From IMG/VR virus record IMGVR_UViG_3300048895_000041, positions 1-43,461 of that record: DNA of 43,461 bases; one strand, written 5' to 3'. The position numbers were made by a program, and so were the translations under genes. The notes beneath the pieces were generated by a model. That model did no database searches. It was not told where the DNA came from and was given only the letters and a program-made list of their open reading frames with translations. Positions 8,195 through 16,733 of this stretch are shown here, in pieces (position 1 is the stretch's first letter; every line of letters starts with the position of its first letter). The DNA comes from a virus (taxonomy: Duplodnaviria > Caudoviricetes).

Positions 8195-8382
8195 TAGTGA
8201 ATCCCCTTGCGCTTGAGAGTTGCAAACAACTCGCGGTTAGCGGCGGAGTTAGCCTTAATCTCTTTCGTAGCCTGGTCCAACAGCGCGCTGTACTTGGCTG
8301 ATGCGCGGATGATGCCAGCGACATAACCAATAGCTAATGCAATGGCGTTGACTGTGAATAGGAGCCACAGAGAGACTTGCAT
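8194..8382 (-). CDS. Single-TM protein with helical tail
   Basis: GGAGG RBS, TAATG overlap, N-terminal hydrophobic helix. Confidence 0.65.
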   Translation of the reverse strand: MQVSLWLLFTVNAIALAIGYVAGIIRASAKYSALLDQATKEIKANSAANRELFATLKRKGIH

Positions 8383-8606
8383 TAGAAGCCCTCCTCTGTG
8401 AGATTCCACCCGAAATAAGGGTTTTGCCGTCTGTACAGCACGCGACCATTCTTGCGCAACAAGCGCAACGCACAAATGACAATCCCACGGTTGTCGTGCG
8501 ACACGTGCAGGTCGGCGCAAATCTGACCAAGCCGCGTATAGCCTCTCCGAATAGATGACAAAACAGCCATCTCGGGGTTAGTAACCACATAGCTCCTCAT
8601 CCTCAT
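8382..8606 (-). CDS. Putative winged-helix DNA-binding protein
   Basis: VLSSIRRG..RLGQIC..L......V..ALRLLRKNGRV...W.LTEEG. Confidence 0.55.
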   Translation of the reverse strand: MRMRSYVVTNPEMAVLSSIRRGYTRLGQICADLHVSHDNRGIVICALRLLRKNGRVLYRRQNPYFGWNLTEEGF

Positions 8607-8734
8607 CTCGTACCCCTTTGCTGTTGTGAGTCGATCAGGAAAACACTGCGCAACCTGCCGCGCGTGTCGAAGATGCGCACGAGGGCCAAGCCTGGGGCTG
8701 AGGCGAAGTGATGAATTTTCACGCGCGTGATCAT
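8603..8734 (-). CDS. 43-aa hypothetical protein
   Basis: ATGA overlaps at both ends. Confidence 0.5.
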   Translation of the reverse strand: MITRVKIHHFASAPGLALVRIFDTRGRLRSVFLIDSQQQRGTR

Positions 8735-8997
8735 GGCTGCACCTTGGCGAGCGCGGCGTCAATCTTCGCTAGGCGATCCTGCATCGTCATGCGCTTATGG
8801 TATGGCGTGCCTGCGTGGTAAGCGGCGTACATGTCGCTGCAACACTTGCGCGCATCATGCAGCGCCTTGACCAGCTCGGCATTCTGCGCGCGGAGGGTGC
8901 GCAACTGAGCGCGCATATTGCGCATTGCATGTTCTGCAGCCGCAGGATTGGCAGCGATATCAGCTTGCGCATTCGTCGGCGTCGTGCGCGCGTTCAT
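8731..8997 (-). CDS. Hypothetical coiled-coil protein
   Basis: ELVKAL...IDAALAKV pattern typical of small phage proteins. Confidence 0.65.
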   Translation of the reverse strand: MNARTTPTNAQADIAANPAAAEHAMRNMRAQLRTLRAQNAELVKALHDARKCCSDMYAAYHAGTPYHKRMTMQDRLAKIDAALAKVQP

Positions 8998-9449
8998 CAC
9001 AGCCACCTTTGCTTGAGCGCGTAGCCGCCGGACGTGTCCGGTTCGCCGTTGCGCGAGCTATGCGGTTTCTTTGTCCCCTTCGGCCACAACGTGGCGCCGA
9101 GGTTGTAGACCAGATGAAAGCCCATATCCATGCCGCAGCCGGATACCTTGATCCCTTCGCGCTGGCGGTCAAATGTATCATTCATCGCGCGAGCAGCATT
9201 CCAAGACAACGTGCGGAACCCCATGCCGGTGTACTTGCGCTTCGGCTTGGCGTCCCAGTCCGTTTTGCCATCGTCCAGCTTCGGATAGACGTCCGTATAT
9301 TCCTTGACCGGTATCACCAGATCAATCACGCGCAACATTCCCGATGCGCTGCAGTGACGCAGGATCGTATAGACCGTCATTCCCGGCTTAAGCATCCCGC
9401 GCAAATTGCGGATCGACTCGTCGCGCTCAGTTTGATTTATACGTGCCAT
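8997..9449 (-). CDS. Conserved hypothetical phage early protein
   Basis: TVYTILRHCSASGMLRVI...VSGCGMDMGFHLVYNL motif; GAGGGG RBS. Confidence 0.8.
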   Translation of the reverse strand: MARINQTERDESIRNLRGMLKPGMTVYTILRHCSASGMLRVIDLVIPVKEYTDVYPKLDDGKTDWDAKPKRKYTGMGFRTLSWNAARAMNDTFDRQREGIKVSGCGMDMGFHLVYNLGATLWPKGTKKPHSSRNGEPDTSGGYALKQRWL

Positions 9450-9496
9450 AAATTACCCCTCTCAGTTGTCGTGACCAGCACCTAACCGTGCCGCCG

Positions 9497-9523
9497 TAGC
9501 GCCCTGCTGCGTGCAAGGCGCTA
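9497..9523 (-). promoter_or_regulatory. Intergenic 11-bp stem-loop without U-tract (processing or stability element?)
   Basis: Minus strand UAGCGCCUUGC-acgca-GCAGGGCGCUA, one G-U pair. Confidence 0.5.
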
Positions 9524-9531
9524 GGACAGTC

Positions 9532-9888
9532 TTAGGCGTGAATCAGGCCATCGTCGCCAACGTACAAGTTAACGTCGCCCGCCAAGTGCGCCGCATCGGT
9601 CAGCGCGTTACCAATCGCCGATGGATAGCCGCGATCCCAAAAGCCTGCGCCGTGCCTGTTGCGGGTTAGCCAAAAATCGTGGCCGTTTTGCGCATTGTCG
9701 CCTGCTTGCGCCAGCGCATCCGCATTGTGATATTGGAACGCCTCACAATCCGATTGCATCTGCTGCAACGTGCGCGGCGCGATATCGCCGGGCGTATATT
9801 GCGCATCCAACGGTTCGCCATCGTCGCCGGTAGACGACCACAATGCGGCCTCAATGTATGCCTGCGTGAAAGCATCGCGCGCGCTCAT
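9532..9888 (-). CDS. Conserved hypothetical phage early protein
   Basis: YIEAALWSS...GHDFWLTRNRHGAGFWDRG...LYVGDDG motif. Confidence 0.8.
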   Translation of the reverse strand: MSARDAFTQAYIEAALWSSTGDDGEPLDAQYTPGDIAPRTLQQMQSDCEAFQYHNADALAQAGDNAQNGHDFWLTRNRHGAGFWDRGYPSAIGNALTDAAHLAGDVNLYVGDDGLIHA

Positions 9889-10100
9889 GGTGTCACCTGC
9901 GCGGCTGCCTGCTGCGTCCTGAGCGCGATGATGCGATCGGCCAACCCTGCTATTACATCAAGGTCAGCATTTTGCGCACGCAGCCCGACAACGAACGTGC
10001 GCTTCGCAACATGTGCGAATGCTTCCCACGAAAAATACCGGCAGCGTTCATCAATATTCATCGACTGAGACGAGAGAACATGTTCAGGTTTGCTTAACAT
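9885..10100 (-). CDS. Hypothetical protein, first gene of leftward cluster
   Basis: GGAG RBS; ATGA overlap with next gene. Confidence 0.6.
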   Translation of the reverse strand: MLSKPEHVLSSQSMNIDERCRYFSWEAFAHVAKRTFVVGLRAQNADLDVIAGLADRIIALRTQQAAAQVTP

Positions 10101-10164
10101 ATTCGTCAGACTCCAGGTATCCGGTCATCGACCTGACCGTGTGCAGACTATACACCTGTTGCGA

Positions 10165-10302
10165 CTGTACATGTACAGCATAAACCGACGAACGGTAGTA
10201 AAATGGCAGACGAACGGTAGTTTCAGGACTTTCAGGACATTCTGCTATATCCCCTATAGCGAGCATCTAGGGCATATACAGCGAAATGTCCTGAAAGTCC
10301 TG
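10165..10302. repeat. Repeat cluster: 14-bp palindrome, 13-bp direct repeats, 18-bp inverted repeat (candidate origin/operator region)
   Basis: ctgtacatgtacag 10165-10178; gacgaacggtagt at 10187 and 10209; caggactttcaggacatt 10224-10241 / aatgtcctgaaagtcctg 10285-10302. Confidence 0.85.
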
Positions 10303-10366
10303 CTAGCTTTGCGAAAATTGCCGAAAATAAAAGCAGCCACGCTTTCCTTGCGTGCGCTTCTCCCTC

Positions 10367-10396
10367 TTGACAACGCCAGCGCAGACGCCCGATATT
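10367..10396 (+). promoter_or_regulatory. Sigma70-like promoter for terS, probably leaderless mRNA
   Basis: TTGACA-18 nt-GATATT, then 7 nt to ATG 10404, no SD. Confidence 0.55.
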
Positions 10397-10403
10397 GCGC
10401 GGC

Positions 10404-10889
10404 ATGTTCGATCCGGCCATTGCAGAGCAGATCACAGAGCGGCTTAGCAGCGGAGAACCGCTGGAGCAAATTTGCCGCGAGCTGCCACAAGCGCCAACAT
10501 CGCGCACGATCCGCCGCTGGATCGAGGAAAACCCAACCTTTTCGTCCGCCATCGCCCGCGCGCGGGAATTGGGTTTCGACGCCATCGCTGCTGATTGCTT
10601 GAAGATTGCAGATGACGCTCGCAATGACTGGATGGAGCGGCATGGCGAGGAGGATGCAGGGTGGGTTGCCAATGGTGACCACATTCAGCGCAGCCGCTTG
10701 CGTGTCGACACGCGCCTGAAACTGCTGGCCAAGTGGGACCCCAAGCGCTACGGCGACAAGCTCCAGGTCGACGCCGACCTGCGCCTGCAGGTCGAGCTGA
10801 TCGATGCCACGCAGGCGCCTGTGCAGGCTACGGCGCAGCTTGCGACGGCCGCAGCGCTGGCGCACAAGACGAAAGAGGACCCGTTGTAG
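10404..10889 (+). CDS. terS: Terminase small subunit
   Basis: N-terminal HTH (LSSGEPLEQIC..P...TIRRW), ARARE.G.D.IA...L.IADD, RSRLRVDTRLKLLAKWDPKRYGDK. Confidence 0.9.
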   Translation: MFDPAIAEQITERLSSGEPLEQICRELPQAPTSRTIRRWIEENPTFSSAIARARELGFDAIAADCLKIADDARNDWMERHGEEDAGWVANGDHIQRSRLRVDTRLKLLAKWDPKRYGDKLQVDADLRLQVELIDATQAPVQATAQLATAAALAHKTKEDPL

Positions 10890-10992
10890 GGATGGGCAGG
10901 CCGGCGCAGGGGTGGGAGGGGCGGAAAATGCGCGTGAGCCTCGCTGCCCGGTATAGTATTAAGCCATACAGCACACATCCAAGGCCTCGCCG

Positions 10993-11133
10993 ATGACCGA
11001 CCATGCCTGGGCACTTTCCACTGCGGCATTGCGTCGTGCGCAGGGATTCCGTGACGTCGAGGTCCGTTCGTTTTTCGATTTTCAAAAGACCGTGTGGTAC
11101 GTGACGTACAAGCAGCCGTTGAGGACCCGCTGA
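10993..11133 (+). CDS. 46-aa hypothetical protein
   Basis: AAGG RBS; TGATG coupling to next gene. Confidence 0.45.
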   Translation: MTDHAWALSTAALRRAQGFRDVEVRSFFDFQKTVWYVTYKQPLRTR

Positions 11134-11399
11134 TGCTGGAACTGGTACCGATGCCGTTCGACTGGGATACCGACCGCACGGCGGAAGAGTGGAAGGATGT
11201 GGCACGAAAATTTGCCAGGATGTGGGGCGATTTAAATCACTGCCTGATAGTCGATCCAAACTACATTCACTGGCTGTCGTGCAACCTGAAGGACAGCAAG
11301 CTGTTCCGCATCGACGATCCCGTTTTGCGCGGTCAGTACGTGAACTGGAAGGACCGCATGGAGCCGCGGCGTCATCTGGGCAAAGCCATCGTTGGATGA
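11133..11399 (+). CDS. Hypothetical protein
   Basis: GAGG RBS; phage-like codon usage. Confidence 0.65.
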   Translation: MLELVPMPFDWDTDRTAEEWKDVARKFARMWGDLNHCLIVDPNYIHWLSCNLKDSKLFRIDDPVLRGQYVNWKDRMEPRRHLGKAIVG

Positions 11400-11405
11400 T
11401 CGCCG

Positions 11406-11741
11406 ATGTCTGAACAACGCCTGCACTTGCACGGCAAAGCCCAAACGGGCCGCGATATCTATCGGCACATTCGCGAGGCGATCAATAACGCACGCGCACG
11501 CGGGATTGAACCGAGCAAGGTGTGGGTGAGCCAGTACGTGGCCGACTGCTTTCACGAACTGTGGACTCAGGTCGCGCAAAGATACGACCTTCGTATCCCG
11601 ATAGGCGTGGCAGGCGTTCCCATGCATATTGGCAACGGCCTGGGGCGAAACAAGTTCGTGTTCGAGTATCACGACGACAAGGAAAAGGCGCACACGTTGC
11701 GCCGTGGACCGGTGTCCAATCCGTTGCCGGACAACGATTGA
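11406..11741 (+). CDS. Hypothetical protein
   Basis: Stop overlaps the terL start (TTGA). Confidence 0.65.
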   Translation: MSEQRLHLHGKAQTGRDIYRHIREAINNARARGIEPSKVWVSQYVADCFHELWTQVAQRYDLRIPIGVAGVPMHIGNGLGRNKFVFEYHDDKEKAHTLRRGPVSNPLPDND

Positions 11742-13291
11742 AAGTTCAGATTCCCCACAACTGGCACACGCGCCCCTATCAGAACGCGGCGTACAACTAC
11801 CTGACCAAGGGCGGCACGCGCTATGTCGGCGTCAACCACAGACGCTGGGGTAAGGACGCGCTGCTGCTGAACTCGACCTGCTTCAACCTGCACAAGCGCA
11901 TTGGTGGCGCGTGGCACATGCTGCCGGAAGCCAGCCAAGCGAAGAAGGCAATCTGGGACGCGGTGGATGAATTCACCGGAGTAAGGTTGATCGACCAAGC
12001 CTTTCCTGAAGACATTCGGTCGAACTGGCGCGACAACGACATGTTCATGCGCCTGAAGATCGGCAGCACATGGCAGGTCGTCGGCAGCGACAACTTCCAG
12101 TCCCTGATCGGATCGCCGCCGATCTTGGTGGTTTTTTCCGAGTATGCCTATGCCAACCCGATCGCATGGCAGAAGATCAGCCCCATCCTGATGAACAACG
12201 GCGGGATTGCGGCCTTCATCAGCACGCCTTGCGGGAGGAACCATTTTCACGGCCTGTACGAGTACGCGCGCAGCCCGGAGGGGCAGGAGGCCGGCTGGTT
12301 TGCCGAACTGCAGACGGTCGACGACACCGACGCGATTGTCTATGCCAACTTCGCCAGCGCAAAGGCACGCGGCAAGGCGTTTGTCTTCATGGGGAAGACG
12401 TACGACCGCATTGAAGATGTTCCACGTGAAACCAGAAAGGAAATCACGAAGAAGTCGATCACGGACGAAGAACGCCAGTTGACTGCGCAGCGTGGCGCGC
12501 AGGAAGCGCAAGCCATCATCGCGCAGGAATACTACTGTAGCTTTCAGGCGGCCATCCCCGGCAGCTACTACGGCCCGGTGATCGAGCGCATGGAGAGGGC
12601 TGGCAAGATCATGCGTGTGCCCTACGATCCCGGTTTCCTGGTCGAGTGCTGGTGGGACTTAGGGATAAGAGACGACACGGCGATCTGGTTCGTGCAGCAT
12701 GTCGGCAGGGAGCGCCGCGTCATCGACTACTACGAAGCAGCAGGCGTGGGTATCGACTACTACATCGACGTGCTCAACGGCAAGTGCAGCGACGAGGACG
12801 ACGCCACGAACCTGCGGCGTAGCGAGTACCGCTATTCCCCGCATGTCCTGCCGCACGACGCCTATCATCGCCAGTTGAGCCAACGCGGCGGTGCAAGCCT
12901 GGCTGACGTGGTCGAGAAAGACTATCGGCACCCCGTACGCCGCCCCGGTCCCAACCCGACCAAATCCCTGCAGTTGTCAATTCAGCAGGTTCGCACCTTT
13001 CTGCCGACCTGCGTGTTCGACGAGCAATTGACGAAGGATGGCCTGGACAAGTTGCGCCAGTACAGGCGTGTGTGGAACACCGAAACACGCAGCTACAACG
13101 ACACGCCTCTGCATGATTTTTCCAGCCATGCTGCCGATTCCTATCGCACGGGCGTAGAGAACATGCTGGGACAGATTGTTGCGCAGGGCGAAGGCCGGGG
13201 TGTAAAGTCGGACTGGGATCGTCTGGAAGACGGGCAGAAGCAGCGATACGCCATTGGCGCGGAAGACGATGTTCTCGGGAGAGACGCATGA
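11738..13291 (+). CDS. terL: Terminase large subunit
   Basis: RPYQ, Walker A HRRWGKD, Walker B VVFSEY, FISTPCGRNHF, nuclease WDLGIRDDTAIW, LPHDA, HDFSSHAADSYR. Confidence 0.95.
   Translation: MKVQIPHNWHTRPYQNAAYNYLTKGGTRYVGVNHRRWGKDALLLNSTCFNLHKRIGGAWHMLPEASQAKKAIWDAVDEFTGVRLIDQAFPEDIRSNWRDNDMFMRLKIGSTWQVVGSDNFQSLIGSPPILVVFSEYAYANPIAWQKISPILMNNGGIAAFISTPCGRNHFHGLYEYARSPEGQEAGWFAELQTVDDTDAIVYANFASAKARGKAFVFMGKTYDRIEDVPRETRKEITKKSITDEERQLTAQRGAQEAQAIIAQEYYCSFQAAIPGSYYGPVIERMERAGKIMRVPYDPGFLVECWWDLGIRDDTAIWFVQHVGRERRVIDYYEAAGVGIDYYIDVLNGKCSDEDDATNLRRSEYRYSPHVLPHDAYHRQLSQRGGASLADVVEKDYRHPVRRPGPNPTKSLQLSIQQVRTFLPTCVFDEQLTKDGLDKLRQYRRVWNTETRSYNDTPLHDFSSHAADSYRTGVENMLGQIVAQGEGRGVKSDWDRLEDGQKQRYAIGAEDDVLGRDA
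12418..12433. promoter_or_regulatory. parS-like site inside terL
   Basis: TGTTCCACGTGAAACC versus chromosomal consensus TGTTNCACGTGAAACA (one mismatch). Confidence 0.55.
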
Positions 13292-13515
13292 GCGACACGC
13301 ACGTAGAAGTCATCAAGAGCATCAGCGGCAAGTGGTGGAGACTGCGCTATCGCGGCAAGATCGAATTCACCGAGGACGAACCGACCGAGGCGCAGAAGAT
13401 CGCGTTCAAGAAGGCCGTCGAGGCCGCACCGCGGCACCCGACCTTCAGTGGCAACGGCAGGAGCCTGACGGTGGCCGACATGGACACGCGGCAGGTGGTG
13501 GAGCAGATCAAGTGA
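13288..13515 (+). CDS. Hypothetical protein
   Basis: ATGA/GTGA coupling between terL and the next gene. Confidence 0.7.
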   Translation: MSDTHVEVIKSISGKWWRLRYRGKIEFTEDEPTEAQKIAFKKAVEAAPRHPTFSGNGRSLTVADMDTRQVVEQIK

Positions 13516-13715
13516 GTGGCCTTTTCGGCGGCGGCAAGCAGCCGCAGTTGCCCGCGCCAATGCCGATCCCGCCGCCGCCGACGGTGGATCAGGCGGCGCA
13601 GAACCAGAAGCAGTCGAATGATCTGCGCCAGCGCCGCGGCGCGGCTGCCAACGTGCTGGCTGGCACCAATCCCTCGGCGCCGCAGACGCAGATCGCCAAG
13701 CTCCTCGGACAGTGA
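13512..13715 (+). CDS. Small Pro-rich virion protein preceding portal (T7 gp7.3-like position)
   Basis: GLFGGG..P.LP.P.PPPP...RRG..A..L......LLGQ. Confidence 0.75.
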   Translation: MSGLFGGGKQPQLPAPMPIPPPPTVDQAAQNQKQSNDLRQRRGAAANVLAGTNPSAPQTQIAKLLGQ

Positions 13716-15427
13716 CCACGCGCAAGCGCGACAAGCGCACCGAACGCAAGGCCCCGCAACCCGACAAGCAGGATGACAAGACCGCCGGCATCGTGCTCGC
13801 AAGGCATGAGCAGATGTACGCCACGCGCGGCAACTTCAACACTCTCTGGCAGACCGTGGCCGAGCGCGTCCGGCCGAATCAGGCCGACTTCACGACCAAG
13901 TGGGCGGAGGGCCAGCGCCGTACGAACCGCGTGTTTGACGATACGGCGCCCATGGCGGTCGAGAACGGCGTGGCGGCGCTGGAAAGCCTGTTGTGCCCTT
14001 CCTCACGGCAGTGGCATGGCTTGGCCGCGAAGGACAAGGATTTGCAAGGAAAGCTCATCGTGCGGCAGTGGCTGGAGCAGGTGACGGACACGCTCTTCGG
14101 AGTTCGCTACGCTCCTACAGCCAACTTCCAGTCGCAGATTCACGAAACCCTGGGCGACATCATGACCTTCGGCAACGGTCCGTTCCTGGTCGACGATGTC
14201 GTAGGAGTTGGCATTCGTTACCGAAGCCTGCCTCTCGCCTATACCTTCGGCATGGAGAACGCGGTCGGCATGATCGATGTCGTGCATCGCGAGTGGGACA
14301 TGACGCCGCGAGCGGTGCAGGACGCCTACAACAAGGGCATCATCGACGAAGTCCCTGACCAGATCGCGGACGAGTACGTGCAGAAGCAGAACAGCGAGAA
14401 GACCTGGACCTTCATCCACTGCATCGAGCCGAATGACGGCGACTACGACGATGTCGGCAACGCAAAACCGATCAGCAGTTTCATCGTGTGCAAGCAGACG
14501 CAGCAGACGGTCAAGCGCGGCGGGTATTACACGCAGCCGATCATGATTCCCCGTTACCGTGTCAACAGTCGGGAAACTTATGGCCGTGGTCCCTGCGTCG
14601 ATGTCCTGCCGACGATTCTTCAGCTCAATGAAATGGAGAAGGCGGACATTCGCATCACGCAGCGCGCCGCTGACCCGCCCTACCTCACTGTCGACAATAT
14701 CAACCTGCCGGCCTTCAACCTGCGCAGCAACAGCGTCAACGCCGGCTATCTCACGCCTGATGGGAAGGAACTGATCCGCCCTCTTCCGTCCGGAAGCAAG
14801 TTCGATGTTCTGAAGGACAAGTTGGAAATGAAGCAGGCCGTTGTCAGACGCGCCTGCCTGAACGACATTATCTCCATCCTGTCCGAACATCCGAACATGA
14901 CGGCAACCCAAGTGCTGCAGTTGGCGCAGGAGCGTGGTTACCTCGTTGCGCCCATCATCGGCCGTATCCAGAACGAGCTGATGGGGCCGATCATCACGCG
15001 CGAACTGGACATCCTGCATCGCGCCGGCCAGTTGCCGGAACCGCCCCAGGTCCTCAGGGGCCGGAAGGTCGACATCGATATCCAGTACACGTCTTTCTCG
15101 CAGACCGCGCAGAAGCAGAGCAAGGCGCTGGCCATCAACATGACGCTTCAACAAGCAGCGCCGCTCTTCCAGGCGCAACCGGACCTGATGACGCGCATGA
15201 TCAACCTGCCGCGCACGTTCGAGGAACTGGCGATGTCGAACGACGCACCGCCGGGTATCCTGAATACGTCTGAGGAACAGCAGGCGATGGACCAGCAGGC
15301 GATTCAGCAGCAGCAGTTGACCAACATGGCGCAACTGGCGGGCCCGGCTAGCCAGGCGATCAAGAACCTGTCCGACGCCAGCAAGGGCGGGTCGAGCATC
15401 ACGCCGGGAGCCGGCCTGGGTGGCTAG
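13712..15427 (+). CDS. Portal / head-tail connector (T7 gp8/BPP-1 type)
   Basis: VFDDTAP.A...L.S.L.P...W, ETYGRGP, MTATQV..LAQE....L..P..GR.QNEL..P.I.R. Confidence 0.92.
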   Translation: MTTRKRDKRTERKAPQPDKQDDKTAGIVLARHEQMYATRGNFNTLWQTVAERVRPNQADFTTKWAEGQRRTNRVFDDTAPMAVENGVAALESLLCPSSRQWHGLAAKDKDLQGKLIVRQWLEQVTDTLFGVRYAPTANFQSQIHETLGDIMTFGNGPFLVDDVVGVGIRYRSLPLAYTFGMENAVGMIDVVHREWDMTPRAVQDAYNKGIIDEVPDQIADEYVQKQNSEKTWTFIHCIEPNDGDYDDVGNAKPISSFIVCKQTQQTVKRGGYYTQPIMIPRYRVNSRETYGRGPCVDVLPTILQLNEMEKADIRITQRAADPPYLTVDNINLPAFNLRSNSVNAGYLTPDGKELIRPLPSGSKFDVLKDKLEMKQAVVRRACLNDIISILSEHPNMTATQVLQLAQERGYLVAPIIGRIQNELMGPIITRELDILHRAGQLPEPPQVLRGRKVDIDIQYTSFSQTAQKQSKALAINMTLQQAAPLFQAQPDLMTRMINLPRTFEELAMSNDAPPGILNTSEEQQAMDQQAIQQQQLTNMAQLAGPASQAIKNLSDASKGGSSITPGAGLGG

Positions 15428-15731
15428 GAAGGTTACCGCGGTCGATGTCAAGCATGCGTACCAGCGATTGTTCCTGGCCCCGAACGGCATGACGACGAAC
15501 TTGTCAGAATTGGTCATTGGTGACCTACTGAAAGTCACCGGCGGCATGCAATCCCCGGCACAGTTCGATGCCGTCAACCGCATCGACACGGAAGCCACCC
15601 TGATCGCCATCGGCAGGGCGGAAGTGTGGCACCACATCAACCAGATGCTCAACCTGCCCGACCGAACCGCGCTATCCTTGGTGCAGGACGCCATCCACAT
15701 AGGAGTCGAACATGACCGACAACCCGAATAA
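15420..15731 (+). CDS. Bbp19-like small protein between portal and scaffold
   Basis: AYQRLF..P.G....V..DL......IGRAEVW.HI..ML; synteny. Confidence 0.7.
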   Translation: MARKVTAVDVKHAYQRLFLAPNGMTTNLSELVIGDLLKVTGGMQSPAQFDAVNRIDTEATLIAIGRAEVWHHINQMLNLPDRTALSLVQDAIHIGVEHDRQPE

Positions 15732-16593
15732 CCACGGCGCCGCCGCCGCAGCACTGGCAGGCGATCCGACCAACGGTACACCTGCACCGACGAATGGTGG
15801 AACTCCACCAGTCAACGGGGGAACGCCGCCGGCAGAAAAGTTCTGGTACTCCGACTTGCCCCCGGAGCTGCAAGGCAACCTGGAGAAGAAGGGCTGGAAC
15901 AACCCGAAGGCGCTGCCGGAAGTCGTCTCAAAGTATTTTGAATTGGAAAAGCAGTATCGTGCCGGCGACAAGGTCATGCTGCCAAAAGATGAGGCCGACA
16001 AGGAGGGGTACGATGCGCTATACAACCGCCTTGGTCGCCCCGAGTCGCCGGACAAGTACGCCTTTCCCGAAGGCGTTGATGGCGAACTGGCCAAGGCGCT
16101 CGCTCCCAAGCTGCACGAGCTGGGCATCAGCCAGAAGCAGGCGCAAGGGTTGGCGACGATCGACCTGGAGCGCGCCGCCGCGGCGCAGGAAGCCGAGCGT
16201 GTGCGTGTCGTCAACGATCAGAACGCGGCCGACCAGGCCCTGCGCAGCGAGTGGGGACAAAAGTACAACGAGAACATGGAATTCGCCCGAAGGGCAATGA
16301 GAGGGTTGGGGCTGAACCTGGACCAGGGATTCATCCCGATGGCTGCAGCGATCGGCTCGAAGAACGCACTGAAGCTGCTGCACCTGGCCGGCTTGAACAC
16401 GCGCGAGGACAACGCTGCATCTGTCGGCGATGCTGCGGCCGGATTCGGCATGACGCCCAATCGCGCCAAGGCCGAACTGCAGGAAAAAGGCGCGGACCTG
16501 CTGCGTCGCGCGCGTGCCGGCGACAAGGGCGCGGTGGCGCATTGGCAAAGACTGCAGAAGGCCATTGCCGGCGACGGCATGGTCGAGATTTGA
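15712..16593 (+). CDS. Capsid assembly scaffolding protein
   Basis: WYSDLP.EL, YNRLGRPESPDKYAF, LGISQKQA, LRSEWG..Y..N...A; precedes the capsid gene. Confidence 0.8.
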   Translation: MTDNPNNHGAAAAALAGDPTNGTPAPTNGGTPPVNGGTPPAEKFWYSDLPPELQGNLEKKGWNNPKALPEVVSKYFELEKQYRAGDKVMLPKDEADKEGYDALYNRLGRPESPDKYAFPEGVDGELAKALAPKLHELGISQKQAQGLATIDLERAAAAQEAERVRVVNDQNAADQALRSEWGQKYNENMEFARRAMRGLGLNLDQGFIPMAAAIGSKNALKLLHLAGLNTREDNAASVGDAAAGFGMTPNRAKAELQEKGADLLRRARAGDKGAVAHWQRLQKAIAGDGMVEI

Positions 16594-16733
16594 CAAACGC
16601 AATCCCATCGGAGTAAGTTCGCAATTGCCGGCCCGATAAGGCCAACCGGCAACTTCCATATCAGGGCCGCCCACAAGGCGCTAACCCGAAACCCTTCCGA
16701 CCCCTTTGAGGGTTGTCGTTTCGGAGCGCCATC
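16590..16733 (+). promoter_or_regulatory. Promoter and structured 5' leader of the capsid gene
   Basis: TTGACA (16590)-18 nt-TAAGTT; hairpin ttgccgg/ccggcaa; ttccga...tcggag stem covering the SD. Confidence 0.5.

Noticed and set aside
10165-10178. LexA SOS box
   Set aside because: CTGT-N6-ACAG rather than the required CTGT-N8-ACAG
14003-15808. 601-aa minus-strand ORF, and similar long antisense ORFs such as 5248-6573 and 11669-12511
   Set aside because: Shadow frames of high-GC genes (portal, helicase, terL); no motifs or RBS
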